Below, one piece after another: positions 1 through 12,800 of a stretch of DNA of 64,000 nt (position 1 is the stretch's first letter; each line of letters opens with the position of its first letter). Source of the DNA: Macrostomum hystrix (taxonomy: Eukaryota; Animalia; Platyhelminthes); contig CATNEN010000024.1 in assembly GCA_950097015.1 (NCBI GenBank), forward strand, positions 992,001-1,056,000, written 5' to 3'. The notes under the pieces were generated by a model that was not told the DNA's origin, ran no database searches, and saw nothing but the letters and a program-made list of their open reading frames with translations. The position numbers were made by a program, and so were the translations under genes.

Positions 1-341
1 TTGTACACGGTTAGGAGTGTCAAAACTATTAAAGCGGCTATACATAAGAACACCAAATGTAAAATTCATGTGAGTTACGTATTTCTTTTTGTTCTAAATG
101 CACTAAACGCTTTTTGTAAAAAAATGAAGAGAAACGGTTAATAGTACATCAGCATAGTTTTACCTATACCTCCGAGATCACTTTATAACGTTGCAATTTC
201 AATATTGTATTTTTTCAGGCAAAATGCTGTCTAAAAAGATTTTTTTTACTTTTCTGCCAGAATATTTGACAGAAGATAAAAAAATACTAAAATCACACAT
301 AGCATTTTCAGCCTACATAAACTCGCCAGTTGCGTTTCAAA

Positions 342-2529
342 ATGAGCTACACGCAAAATTACGTCGAAAAGAAGATTCGACACAGGAAAGTTGTGCTATT
401 CGAGAAATCCACTATGCCATCCTGCAAGCAATGCCGATCGATTCTTGAGTCCTATGGGCTGAACAAGAGTCGACCCGGCATTTTCGAAGCAGTGAACATC
501 GAGGCTAGGTCAGACTGTTCTCATCTTGAAGACTACCTGCACACCAAGACACTGTTCGACAGAAGAGAAGTAATCACTTTTTTATTTTACCTTTCTTTTA
601 TTCGATAGAATATAATCAGTTTGGGCGACTTTTATAACTTTATAAAAGAAAGAAAGACATTATATTTTAAGTTCCCTAAAAAGGCGGGAAACTTAGGCTC
701 AAGTACTGATTGTAAGAGGCATAAAAACGCTCTATAGAATTCCACTAACCAAGTCGAACTAGTCTACTTAAAGTAGGCATATAAAGCCATATGAACTTTA
801 AATCAAGCTTGCTTTTAAGTTAAAAGTGCTTGGGAAACAATCTTCCGGTTCTATAGAAACGATCAGGCTGTGTACAGCTGTTCAGTCCATGGACTGTAAG
901 GACCGGCGCAACCACCCGTCACTTGGTCAGAAGAACGAAGCTCTAACCACTTGGCTGCAACCTCCGTACGTGTTTCGGTCGTGCATTGGACATCAGATCG
1001 TTAGCCAAAAAATCATAAAATCAAAAATTTTCATTTGTTGAGGATTAATAACAAAGGGCTTTTTCAGGAAAAACTTAAGTTCGCCTTTGACGCAAGTAGC
1101 TTAAAAGTACAGGCTATAGCGACATTGCGAGGGCACGTCGATTTTACAAGTGCGCAAGGGACTGCAGCCTGAATATGTATGCACCGAATCATTTGCACAT
1201 GGAGCCTTTCCCACGCTTTGGCACTTTCAACTGTGTTGCAATACGGCGATTGTCGTGAGTAATGTTTGTTGCAATATATACCATTCAGCGCACGATGCAA
1301 AGCAGAGAGAGAGCCAGGCATCCTGCAACAGCTGTTGGACTATTTTGTGACCCTGATCTGCTTCTGAAGCAAGGGAGGGCAACAGACTTGGTTCCATAAA
1401 GCCTCTATTTTTCCTTCTTCTTTATCTGTCGCATTTCATCCGGTTCACTTTTCAAACGATCTTCATGCAGCAAGACTGGACTTATTTAGATAGTATAGTT
1501 GTTTTTGGCATAGAAGACTTGGCAGTCCCCGCTTGCATGGCAATTTGCACGCACACGGAGGCCGCAAGATGCTGCCGAGGCGTCATAAAAATGTGAACGC
1601 GGCAGCTGCTGAATGGATTGGATATGTGTAAACAGTTTTTTGCATGCAACTTTCAGTAAGATGCATGAACATTGTACCGGCTGTGCGACTAAATTGTGGC
1701 CATTTCTTGTTCACTCCATCGCATTTTATTGCAAGCCAAGTGTATCTGTGACCACATTTTCTAGATTATATTCTGCCCTATGTTTATTGTATAAAGTTGG
1801 CAGTGCCAAAATATTTTTAGCTCGATTTTAAACTAATATAAACTTATGCGAATGAAGCATCTGCATGCAGGACTGTGGATACTTAATTAAATATTTTTTC
1901 CGATTAAATCCCCAAACACTGCCTCGCTTTAAACACTGCATGTCTCCAGAAATCCCCTATAACACTGCCTCCAGAAATCCCCTATAACACTGCCTCCAGA
2001 AATCCCCTATAACACTGCCTCCAGAAATCCCCTATAACACTGCCTCCAGAAATCCCCTATAACACTGCCTCCAGAAATCCCCTATAACACTGCCTCCAGA
2101 AATCCCCTATAACACTGCCTCCAGAAATCCCCTATAACACTGCCTCCAGAAATCCCCTATAACACTGCCTCCAGAAATCCCCTATAACACTGCCTCCAGA
2201 AATTCCCTATAACACTGCCTCCAGAAATCCCCTATAACACTGCCTCTTAAAATTACAAAAATGCACCTTTAATCCTAACACTACGTTCTTAAATGCCGAA
2301 AGAAATTTCCATAATCATTACAAAACGAATGTTTTAAAATCTAATGTTAAATTGCAAACTTCAAATGTCATTCAAATATTTGATCCACACCGTCTTTTCC
2401 AATCAACAGGTGCCGCATTTGTTTGTGGACGGCAGGCACGTCGGCGGCGAGATGGAGATTAAACGATTCCACGAGAGCGGCGAGCTAAAGGAGATTTTTC
2501 GAAAATCGGGGATTACCGGACTGGCCTAG
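342..2529 (+). CDS. Atypical glutaredoxin (Grx1-like fold), 2 exons: 342-569, 2410-2529 (~115 aa)
   Basis: The ORF VVLFEKSTMPSCKQCRSIL aligns to Grx1 VVVFIKPTCPYCRRAQEIL. A phase-0 intron (GAA|GTAATC ... CAACAG|GTG) joins RRE to VPHLFVDG..VGG, giving the cis-Pro and GG motifs. Confidence 0.85.
870..965 (-). mobile_element. SINE family B fragment (tRNA-like head plus tail)
   Basis: The minus strand reads CAGCCAAGTGGTTAGAGC (A-box-like), then the tail CAGTCCATGGACTGAACAGCTGT, which is shared with 56070-56265. Confidence 0.45.
1945..2247. repeat. 25-bp minisatellite (AACACTGCCTCCAGAAATCCCCTAT), ~12 copies, inside the glutaredoxin intron
   Basis: Direct tandem repetition with period 25. Confidence 0.95.
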
Positions 2530-2699
2530 AGATCATGCGGAGATTGAATCAATATGCTTCAAGCAGCATCCGCTTTTTCTGTAAACTATGAGCCAATTAC
2601 AGTACATGTACTAACAAGTTACTTTTGTCAACTAAATGACTCCTAATGCTAAAGAAGGACTTAGTTGTTTCCTTTTAAAAATATCATCTATAATATTTA

Positions 2700-2930
2700 C
2701 AGAAAGCGAGTGCTACTTATAGAAAGCGAATGCTACTTTTAGAAAGCGATTGCTATTTTTAGAAAGTGAATGCTATTTTTAGAAAGCGAATGCTATTTAT
2801 AGAAAGCGAGCGCTTTTTTAGAAAGCAAATGCTATTTTTAGAAAGCGAAATGCTATTTTTAGAAAGCGAATACTATTTATAGAAAACGAGCGCTTTTTTT
2901 AGAAAGCGAACGCTATTTATAGAAAGCGAT
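2700..2930. repeat. ~20-bp minisatellite (AGAAAGCGAATGCTATTTTT)
   Basis: Direct tandem repetition. Confidence 0.9.
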
Positions 2931-4072
2931 CACATGACTGTAACATGATCAAGGATAAAACAAATCTGAAGATTGTTAAAAAATATATTATATAATCTGA
3001 CGTTTCATTACATACTCATATGCACGTGTTGGTTGATACTATAAAGTACACGTGTTAGTTAAAGCACTGTGATTTTCCTGTCAGCGATTAAAAAAAAGTT
3101 TTGCTTAATTTTTTTAGAATTTAAAAGTTCATTTAAGATAGTGAATGTACGCGTATAGTCACTGATTTTAACATAGTTTAGCTACAAAACAAATGATAAA
3201 CACCCAACATGAAATTTGCAGCTTGAAGAACTTTCAACAGAGCCTATACCAAATGATCAATTTGATTAGTTGGTCATGTTTATTTCACGTCTGTTTATTT
3301 CAACGTTATATGATTAGATATGTACAATTTGACTTGGGCATTGGGGTTAACGACGGTAAAACGATGCTAACTCCATAAGAATTTTTCGTATAACTTGGCT
3401 TTTAAAGGACACCAAAGGAGAAAAATCGAATAAAAGCTAGAAACTTTGCAAGAGCACATGGGTCGGTCGATTAAAATAAATTTGTCGTTGACAGACACAT
3501 AGATAGCGATCGATATTAAGTTGCTTGATGTGTCAGTTATGAAACTGATCTACTATAAGTGCCGTTTATACCTGATAAATGTACGAGCGTACGAAGAGTT
3601 TTAACAAAAGATTGAATTTAGAGGTAGCTTATAACAGGCCTTCCAGAATGAATTCTTTACTAGCGTTTGTGATACAAAAATACAATTTAAACTGTACCTT
3701 TGATTAAAATGTACGTTTGAAATGGTTATAGCTATATACACATCAGTAAAATATACATTTTGTGAAAGTGAAAAAAGGTTGCGAAAAAGCACAGAATTTT
3801 ACAGTTACTGTACTACTTTTCGGTCATCGCGATGTAGCTATTGCCCATCTAAAGCTTTACTTCCCAATATTCGTAACTGCGGCCAACTTTTTAGCTTTCA
3901 ATTAGCTAGCCGAGTTCGCTTAGCAACAGAAGCAAACGCGCATTTCCCGTATTTGCACTGACGGATCCTATTTGGTCCAATCGGTGGCCTATATACTGAT
4001 GTAGCTATCGTCCTAAAAAGTACGTTCAAAGTCTGGAGACGTTCAGCACAAGGGCTACTAAAGTAGCAGGAC

Positions 4073-4210
4073 AGGGGGGTGAGTGGTTAACGCGTTTGCC
4101 TCTCGCAACAATGTTCCTGAGCTCGATTTCCCAAGTTGATTTGAAAGTTAAACACTTCCTGACAATGAGAAAGTCAGGGCAGATGTACACCCATGTGCGA
4201 GTGTGTGCCT
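4073..4210 (+). mobile_element. SINE family A, internally deleted copy
   Basis: Shares GGTTAACGCGTTTG..CTCGC..CCTGAGCTCGATT and TTCCTGACAATGAGAAAGTCAGGGCAGATGTACAC with the copies at 33506 and 45784. Confidence 0.75.
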
Positions 4211-4363
4211 GCTAATGAACAGTACTGCATTTTCCTAATCGATTGATAAATAATCTAAAATCCAGAATAAAATCTTTTTTTTACCCTTCAGAAGTACATT
4301 ACTGAAAAAAGCCCGCGTGCAAAAATAATCGTAGGCGATTAGAGTGATTTTTCTCTGCACACT

Positions 4364-6775
4364 TCACAACAGATTACCGTATATTTTATTGTTGAACTTC
4401 GGCATCTCCGACATACTCGACGACTGCTCAACATTCAACTCCAGCAGGTTGGCGTCCGGCTCCCAGATTCGACGCTGCTGAAACTGACCTCTCCTGAGGG
4501 CGCTCTTTCGTCGAGAGGCCACGTAGAAGCCGGCGACAACAGCGGCTACAACCAGCAGCAGCAAGAGTGCGGGAAGCGAGACATAGAGCACGACATGGTT
4601 GAGCTTTACTGTAGCTTCGGCACTGCTGCCCGGCTTCGATTTCGACAACTGATTCTGATTCTCGTCGCTAGCGGATGTTCTGGAACAGGCTACATTTCTG
4701 GCTGCTTTAACCCGATTCGCTCGAAGTTGTTGACAGTCGGAGATGGTCACCGGGCCGCAGGGCTGCGTCCTGTGGTTGCGTAGCGAGACACCGTTGATGG
4801 TGAGGTCTAAAAGGCTATGAGAGCCGCCGCCAAGGCCGTAGAGCCGGCCGGTGCTCAGGCGGAAGGCTACAGGCGTTGAGTTGTCTCCACTAGGCGGGGC
4901 AACACCGATATTGGCGTAGCGGACCTGGTCGAACCCGCAGAAGGTGCAATCGTCGTCAAGCAGAAGCCGATTGCCTCCTAGATCGAGGTGAATTAGGCTC
5001 ATCCGATGATTAGTGAAGCCCTTAAAAAACTCCGTCAGGCTGTTGTCGTGCATATCCAGCAGGTTCAGCGTGCCGGACAGTTGGTCTAGGACATCCGGGT
5101 CTAGACTGCTGATTCTGTTCTTCCCTAGCAGTAGCGAGTGCAAGCTGGTGAGACCATGAAGCGAGTAGGAGCACACAGATGTGAGCGCATTGCCGCTGAG
5201 GTCTAGGAAGGCCAGCTGGCTCAGATCGCCGAACACCAATGGTTCAACGGCTCGAATTTTGTTGTCGCTGAGATCCAGCTTCCTCAAGCCTGACAGGCCT
5301 TGAAAATAGTTTTTTCGCAGGTGAGTTAGCAAATTCTTTTCCAGGTAGAGGTATTTCAGTCCGGGCAACAAGCTGAACTCATTTCCCTGCAAAGATTCGA
5401 TATAATTTGAGGCCAGATTTAGCGAGAAAGTATAGTTGAGACCCTTGAACATCAGTCGGCGCAGTACGGTGAGTCGGTTAGCCGCTAAGGAGAGTGTGTC
5501 CAAGCGGACTAGCGGTTGGAAAGCGCAGTCCTCAATGTGCTCGAGACGATTGTCGGTTAAGATGAGGTAGCGGAGCCTGACCAGGCCCACGAAGGTGCGA
5601 TTTGTAACGCTTCGCAGTTCATTCTTCTGTAGCACTAGATTGACTGTGTGGGTTAGGCCTGAGAAGCTGTAGTCTTCAATGCGTTGGATATTATTGTCGA
5701 ACAGGTTGATGGACTCTACTCGACCAGCGTCGCGGAAGTCTTCGCGGCTGATTTGCACAATGTGATTTCGCTGCATGTGAAAGTCGGCTATCTTAGAGGC
5801 GCCTAACTGATTCTCGATACTGGACAGCAGATAGTTCGGCACGTGCACAAACTGGTTGCGATCAAGATACAAACTGGTGAGGTTGCTCATCTTTCTCAAT
5901 GTGGTGTGCGGTAGGTCGGCTAGTCGATTGTCCACCAGGCTCAGATACCGGATTCCACCGCAGCACTTGTCGAACGCGAGCTCGCGAACTTCGCTGATCT
6001 GATTGTCATAGAGCTTCAGCGATGTAAGGGAGAGCAAATTTGAGAAGGCATAGTCTGGCAGCATCTTGATGATGTTCTTCTGCAGGTTAAGCTCGCGAAG
6101 CTGCGTCATGCACTCGAAGCTGTGCGGCTCGATGCGTTCGATTTGGTTATTGGCCAGGTAAAGGTACCACAGCGACTTGAGGTTGCAGGACTGGCCTGTG
6201 TGCACAGTGGTCGTGCCAAATGTCTGTGGAGTGACCTCGGTTAAGCGGTTATCGTCCAGATCCAGGTAGAAAATAAACTGCAGTCCATCGAATGCGTGAA
6301 AGTTCAATTCGCGAATTAGATTGCGATTCAGGCTGAGTCGGCGAAGATTTGGCAGCGAAGCGAAGTGGGCCTGGGTTAGCAGCGACAACTGGTTGCCAGT
6401 GAGCTCCACCTTCTGGATGTTGTTCGCCACCGCCAGGGTCTTGGCCAGCTGGCCCTCGATGGCGCTGATGCCGAAGTTGTTAGCCCGAAGTGTGTAGTCT
6501 GCGCAGTAGAACTCTATGCCGACCAACTGTTGCTGTTGCTGGTTAACGTGTGGCAAAGGCAGGACTTGCTTGTTCTGACAGAAAAGCTCTCCACCCCATT
6601 GCTGCTGCTGCTGTAGTTGGTATGTCGGGGGGCCTGGCCGGCGGTTAAAGCAAACACACTCCGGCTTGCGATAATCGCCACTGTGAATGTCAGCGATGCC
6701 TTCGACAGCCAACAGCGCTCGAAGAAGTAGGCCAATAAGTTTGAGCACAAAAATCTGTCTTGAAGCTGTACCCAT
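4364..6775 (-). CDS. Intronless leucine-rich-repeat type I membrane protein (803 aa, ~20 LRRs, short tail, no TIR)
   Basis: Signal peptide, 20 LxxLxLxxN units counted by eye, a hydrophobic segment VVLYVSLPALLLLLVVAAVVAGFYVA followed by SRRK, and a ~50 aa cytoplasmic tail. Confidence 0.93.
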   Translation of the reverse strand: MGTASRQIFVLKLIGLLLRALLAVEGIADIHSGDYRKPECVCFNRRPGPPTYQLQQQQQWGGELFCQNKQVLPLPHVNQQQQQLVGIEFYCADYTLRANNFGISAIEGQLAKTLAVANNIQKVELTGNQLSLLTQAHFASLPNLRRLSLNRNLIRELNFHAFDGLQFIFYLDLDDNRLTEVTPQTFGTTTVHTGQSCNLKSLWYLYLANNQIERIEPHSFECMTQLRELNLQKNIIKMLPDYAFSNLLSLTSLKLYDNQISEVRELAFDKCCGGIRYLSLVDNRLADLPHTTLRKMSNLTSLYLDRNQFVHVPNYLLSSIENQLGASKIADFHMQRNHIVQISREDFRDAGRVESINLFDNNIQRIEDYSFSGLTHTVNLVLQKNELRSVTNRTFVGLVRLRYLILTDNRLEHIEDCAFQPLVRLDTLSLAANRLTVLRRLMFKGLNYTFSLNLASNYIESLQGNEFSLLPGLKYLYLEKNLLTHLRKNYFQGLSGLRKLDLSDNKIRAVEPLVFGDLSQLAFLDLSGNALTSVCSYSLHGLTSLHSLLLGKNRISSLDPDVLDQLSGTLNLLDMHDNSLTEFFKGFTNHRMSLIHLDLGGNRLLLDDDCTFCGFDQVRYANIGVAPPSGDNSTPVAFRLSTGRLYGLGGGSHSLLDLTINGVSLRNHRTQPCGPVTISDCQQLRANRVKAARNVACSRTSASDENQNQLSKSKPGSSAEATVKLNHVVLYVSLPALLLLLVVAAVVAGFYVASRRKSALRRGQFQQRRIWEPDANLLELNVEQSSSMSEMPKFNNKIYGNLL

Positions 6776-6936
6776 TGTAAATCAGAACTGAGATTGATCC
6801 AGTCCTTTGCCTCTTCCAAAGTCTTTGAGTCGTTTAAGGCTTGACTCGTAGTAAATAAAAAATGTATAATTTTTAAGCTCGCTCTTTCCGGTCCTCTCAA
6901 TGCTCTTTCTCTCCAATTCTTAATTCTACGGGTGTG

Positions 6937-6943
6937 TTTTATA
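6937..6943 (-). promoter_or_regulatory. Candidate TATA box of the LRR gene, downstream of a GC-rich proximal region (6930-7290)
   Basis: TATAAAA on the minus strand ~160 nt upstream of the ATG at 6775. Confidence 0.45.
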
Positions 6944-8647
6944 GGAGGTTGAACAGGCTGGGGTGGGCGCCCCGCTGGACAGCGTTGAAAGCCCTGCCCC
7001 CTGGTGGGGCTTGTAGGCTTTGTAAGAACTAGCCCGGGCGCGCTCTCAGGCCGGGGTGTTCATGGGGTGGTGGGCGCGGGCCACTGTACGCTGAAGCACA
7101 GCCATCCCTCCACCGCCTGTGGGACTGGATTCAATTCGGAAGAACCGATGCATTTAGCAGGCTTTCGGTTGCCCCAGTTGGGTTTAGCGGAGTGAGGGGG
7201 AAAGTCTTCCTTCCGTCTTCTGTCTCCCAATTGCAGCGCAGGAATGGGTGAAGGGAGAGCTCCCCGATGCCGACACGCCAAAGTCCCCATCTGAAACGAG
7301 AAGCTCTAAAATAGCTCGTAAAAATATGACGCTGCGATGACAGTTGGGCGTTGCGTAGCGTAACGCGCCACAGCCTGCCGGGAATTTTCGCATCTATAAT
7401 AATACGAGTATGTAAAAACTTTTTTCCACAATATGCGACTCGATGAGCGCCGGAAAAATATTATTGATTTTTAATTTTTTTAAATTGTACTTTTAAAAGA
7501 GATTTATTGTATGTAGACTAGAATTGGTGCCCCCTTCGATTTAGCAAAGATTGTATTACAGCATTGGCATGTACTTTAAGTAGTGATCGGAAGAGTGATA
7601 GAAGTGATAGTATAAACAAATATATATAGTTAGGGGAGTTTTTCCCATATGCTATTTGGTCGCAGTGGACTTGTGTTTGTAATATGATTCTAGTAGGATT
7701 ACACTATATATACACGAGCATATGGTCGAATACAAATGTATTTACATATATTATGGGAGAATCAAGAAGGCTTTGGGTTCACGGGGAGTTAAAGAAACGG
7801 GATGGCGAGAGAGAATCGGCCTGCTGAGGTCTGTTTATTGATTGCGCACAGATTTCGCCTGATGAAAGCCGAAGGCCAGCAGGCATACAGGCCGAATATA
7901 GGATAGAGAATGCGTTGACTGAATTTATATAAGATCTTAAACCGGTGCAAATATATATAATTTGAATGCGTAATTTTACAATGCATTCTATCTTCGCTAC
8001 AGGCAGCGCTACATGACTTGCAGGCTGACTCAATCATTTATATAATTCATGCTATAGAGTGCAGTAAACGTTGCAGCTGCTTCAATTTACGAGCCAGACG
8101 CTGAAGCCATGGGTACACCTTGTCGAGGCAACAATTTGGTGACACATAATTTACTTCTAAAGGAGCAGTTTCCATAAGGGGGTCATTTTATTGTTGTGAA
8201 GCCACTATACCTTATTCTTTGCGTTGCATAATTACGACTAGAAAAGTCTAGAAATGTCATTGACTTGAGTGAAGACATTTCCGGAACGAATTGTGAAAAT
8301 CTATAATTTTACCCATCAAATGAATGTATTCTGGGCCATAGGTTATACACGATTATAATTATATCAGGTTACAACTGATCGGTAATTCTTTGCTCTTGTC
8401 AGTCCTTCGTCTTGTGCCAAAAGCGATGGAGATAAGCTTCAGAAAAGCAAATGTATGTTATTACTGCATATCATTTTTATACATAAGGAAGAATATATGT
8501 ATGTGTATATATCTGTGTAATCTGACCTGTGCGTTTGAGTATAGCCAATTTGGATTTTATAATTGGCTAATTAGGACATGTTAAGCAATATAATTCTAGA
8601 CCTTGTATACATAGTATATCTAGAGAGTTCCATTCCATTAAGGTGTG

Positions 8648-9486
8648 CCCGAAATCCCAACTGGCCGAAATCCCAACTGGCCGAAATCCCACCTGGCCGA
8701 AATCCCAACTGGCCGAAATCCCAACTGGCCGAAATCCCAACTGGCCGAAATCCCAACTGGCCGAAATCCCGACTGGCCGAAATCCTTACTGGCCAAAATC
8801 TCAACTGCCCGAAATCCCAACTAGCCGAAATCCTAACTGGCCGAAATCACAACTGGCCGAAATCCTTACTGCCTGAAATCCCAACTGCCCGAAATCCCAG
8901 CTGCCCGAAATCCCAACTGCCTGAAATCCCAGCTGCCCGAAATCCCAACTGGCCGAAATCACAACTGGCCGAAATCACAACTGGCCGAAATCCTTACTGC
9001 CTGAAATCCCAACTGGCCGAAATCCCAACTGGCCGAAATCCCAGCTGGCCGAAATCACAACTGCCCGAAATCCCGACTGGCCGAAATCCTTACTGGCCGA
9101 AATCCCAACTGGCCGAAATCCCAGCTGGCCGAAATCACAACTGCCCGAAATCCCGACTGGCAGAAATCCTTACTGGCCGAAATCCCAACTGGCCGAAATC
9201 CCAGCTGGCCGAAGTCACAACTGGCCGAAATACCAACTAGCCGAAATCCTAACTGGCCGAAATCACAACTGGCCGAAATCCTTACTGCCTGAAATCCCAA
9301 CTGCCCGAAATCCCAACTAGCCGAAATCCTAACTGGCCGAAATCACATTTGGCCGAAATCCTTACTGCCTGAAATCCCAACTGCCCGAAATCCCAGCTGC
9401 CCGAAATCCCAACTGCCCGAAATCCCATCTGCCCGAAATCCCAACTGGCCGAAATCCCAACCGCCCGAAATCCCAACTGGCCGAAG
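8648..9486. repeat. 16-bp minisatellite (GGCCGAAATCCCAACT)
   Basis: Direct tandem repetition, ~50 copies. Confidence 0.97.
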
Positions 9487-9927
9487 AACTTTAGAACAAC
9501 CAGCAGAACTTTATGATTTAGTTTATACGCTCGAAAAAGCCCTCCTGAAACTACACAGCGCACCAATTTTGCATGATTTCAGAGGACACCTCCAGACAGG
9601 ATGATTTGAATTGGATAAATTTTTAATTCGCATTGATGGATTTCATGGATCAGCGCTGTCAAAAGACAGGTCCTCCTTTTTCCTATCTGACATTTATTGG
9701 TAACAAAATTCTTGCATCGAGCTTTTAAATTTCTGTTTGCTTAAAATATTTCAAAAATCACTATTCCTTTTCCGATTCGCTAAATTGATGGATGTGAACG
9801 AAATAGTTCAGCTTTTTCTAACTGCACGCAATACCTACGAGCGTACCAATGTAAGTTATAATTAAGGGCAGCATGTTTTCAAGCATCTCCACCAACATCG
9901 AATCACTTACTTAAAGTACATGACTGT

Positions 9928-11795
9928 ACCTGTCCTCTGTGACTATACCTGTCCTCTATCACTCTACCTGTCCTATGTGACTCTACATGTCCTCTGTGAC
10001 TCTACATGTCCTCTGTGACTCTACATGTCCTCTGTGACTCTATTTGTCCTCTGTGACTATACCTGTCCTCTATCACTCTACCTGTCCTATGTGACTCTAC
10101 CTGTCCTCTGTGACTCTATTTGTCCTCTGTGACTCTATTTGTCCTCTGTGACTCTACATGTCCTCTGTGACTCTACCTGTCCTCTGTGACTCTACCTGTC
10201 CTCTATCACTCTACCTGTCCTATGTGACTCTACCTGTCCTCTGTGACTCTACTTGTCCTCTGTGACTCTACATGTCCTCTGTGACTCTACCTGTCCTCTA
10301 TCACTCTACCTGTCCTATGTGACTCTACCTGTCCTCTGTGACTCTACTTGTCCTCTGTGACTCTACATGTCCTCTGTGACTCTACCTGTCCTCTATCACT
10401 CTACCTGTCCTATGTGACTCTACCTGTCCTCTGTGACTCTACTTGTCCTCTGTGACTCTACATGTCCTCTGTGACTCTACATGTCCTCTGTGACTCTACT
10501 TGTCCTCTGCGACTCTACATGTCTTATGTGACTCTATTTGTCCTCTGTGACTCTACCTGTCCTCTGTGACTCTACTTGTCATCTGTGACTCTACATGTCC
10601 TCTGTGACTCTACATGTCCTCTATCACTCTACCTGTCCTCTGTGACTCTACCTGTCCTCTGTGACTCTACTTGTCCTCTGTGACTCTACATGTCCTCTGT
10701 GACTCTACATGTCCTCTGTGACTCTACCTGTCCTCTGTGACTCTACATGTCCTCTGTGACTCTACATGTCCTCTGTGACTCTACCTGTCCTCTGTGACTC
10801 AACCTGTCCTCTGTGACTCTACCTGTCCTCTGTGACTCTACATGTCCTCTATCACTCTACCTGTCCTCTGTGACTCTACTTGTCCTCTGTGACTCTACAT
10901 GTCCTCTGTGACTCTACATGTCCTCTGTGACTCTACATGTCCTCTGTGACTCTATTTGTCCTCTGTGACTCTACTTGTCCTCTGTGACTCTACTTGTCCT
11001 CTGTGACTCTACATGTCCTCTGTGACTCTACATGTCCTCTGTGACTCTACCTGTCCTCTGTGACTCTACCTGTCCTCTGTGACTCTACCTGTCCTCTGTG
11101 ACTCTACATGTCCTCTATCACTCTACCTGTCCTCTGTGACTCTACTTGTCCTCTGTGACTCTACATGTCCTCTGTGACTCTACATGTCCTCTGTGACTCT
11201 ACCTGTCCTCTGTGACTCTACCTGTCCTCTGTGACTCTACCTGTCCTCTGTGACTCTACATGTCCTCTATCACTCTACCTGTCCTCTGTGACTCTACTTG
11301 TCCTCTGTGACTCTACATGTCCTCTGTGACTCTACATGTCCTCTGTGACTCTACATGTCCTCGGTGACTCTATTTGTCCTCTGTGACTCTACCTGTCCTC
11401 TGTGACTCTACCTGTCCTCTATCACTCTACCTGTCCTATGTGACTCTACCTGTCCTCTGTGACTCTACTTGTCCTCTGTGACTCTACATGTCCTCTGTGA
11501 CTCTACCTGTCCTCTGTGACTCTACCTGTCCTCTGTGACTCTACCTGTCCTCTGTGACTCTACATGTCCTCTGTGACTCTACTTGTCCTCTGTGACTCTA
11601 CATGTCCTCTGTGACTCTATTTGTCCTCTGTGACTCTACATGTCCTCTGTGACTCTACCTGTCCTTCTGTGACTCTACCTGTCCTTCTGTGGCTCTATTT
11701 GTCCTCTGTGACTTTATTTGTCCTCTATGACTCTACCTGTCCTCTATGACTCTACCTGTCCTCTATGACTCTACCTGTCCTCAATGACTTTACCT
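9928..11795. repeat. 19-bp minisatellite (GTCCTCTGTGACTCTACCT), ~95 copies
   Basis: Direct tandem repetition with variant units (ACCT/ACAT/ACTT/ATTT). Confidence 0.97.
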
Positions 11796-12284
11796 GTCAG
11801 AGATAGGCAACAAAATATATAGTGAGGCTATAAAACACACACGAAACACACGAAGCTTATTCAGACAGCTGAATAAGCTTGTCACGTGGTGGGCAAGACC
11901 AACACGAACAAAAATTAACCAGCCAGAGACAAAGAGAGAGAAGCTCGGTCAGTTATTGACTCAGTCGTGAGTCAATGCTCTGCACGCAACTGGTGGAGCA
12001 AGTTGGAGCAGAGAAAATAGTATGCTGGAATTGCGCAACACAACTCAAGGCACTCAGCCTGTTGTCCCAACCCCCAATTTGTATTGTCGTTTTATCTAGA
12101 TTTGTGAATTGCCAGTTAATATTCTTATCTGATTTATACTCGTATACACGCGCATGCACAGTCTTTCTATACTAGCTTGTATGGTTATGCCTATACGAGC
12201 CAGATATAGGCTTTTGGACAAGCCCCATTAAATTCCTGACCCATTCCCACAATCCCATTGGGATCTATATTATTATGATCGGGA

Positions 12285-12680
12285 AATCGAATGTGCCGTT
12301 CGTGGAATCCCAATGGGATTTATTGGGAGAAAATGAGTGCGCCGTTCCTGGAATCCCAATGGGATCGATTGGGATCAGAAAATGGTTGTGGCATTTCTTG
12401 GAATCCCAATGGGATCATTGGTATCAGAAAGTGAGTGCATTGTTCCTGGAATCCCAATGGATCAATTGGGATTGATCAATTGGGATCAATTGGGAAAATG
12501 AGTGCGTTGTTCCTTGAATCCCAATAGGATCATGTAATTGGGATCATAAAAATGAGTGTGGCCGTTCTAGGAATCCCAAAGGGATCAAGTGGGATCAGAA
12601 AATGAGTGCGCCGTTCCTGGAATCCCAATGGGATCTATGGGGATCAGAAAATGAGTGTGGCCGTTACTGGAATTCCATTG
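12285..12680. repeat. Degenerate ~50-bp tandem repeat (GAAAATGAGTGCGCCGTTCCTGGAATCCCAATGGGATC...)
   Basis: About 8 diverged copies. Confidence 0.8.
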
Positions 12681-12800
12681 TGAATCTCAGCGTGCAAACC
12701 TAGTTTCACTACTTTCAGTAATATCTAGATATTATAGGCAATTTCATTTGTTCTTTCACTTCACTTCAAATCTTAGATCATATCAAGGCACTCTTTGAAC

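Noticed and set aside
7816-7895. Nested inverted repeats containing CTGATGA (possible hammerhead ribozyme)
   Set aside because: No GAAA follows the GCC-GAA-GGC stem and no stem I or NUH geometry fits on either strand; more likely a palindromic TE remnant.
8571-9566. Long ORFs across the 16-bp array
   Set aside because: The period is not a multiple of 3 and frames are open on both strands: a repeat artefact.
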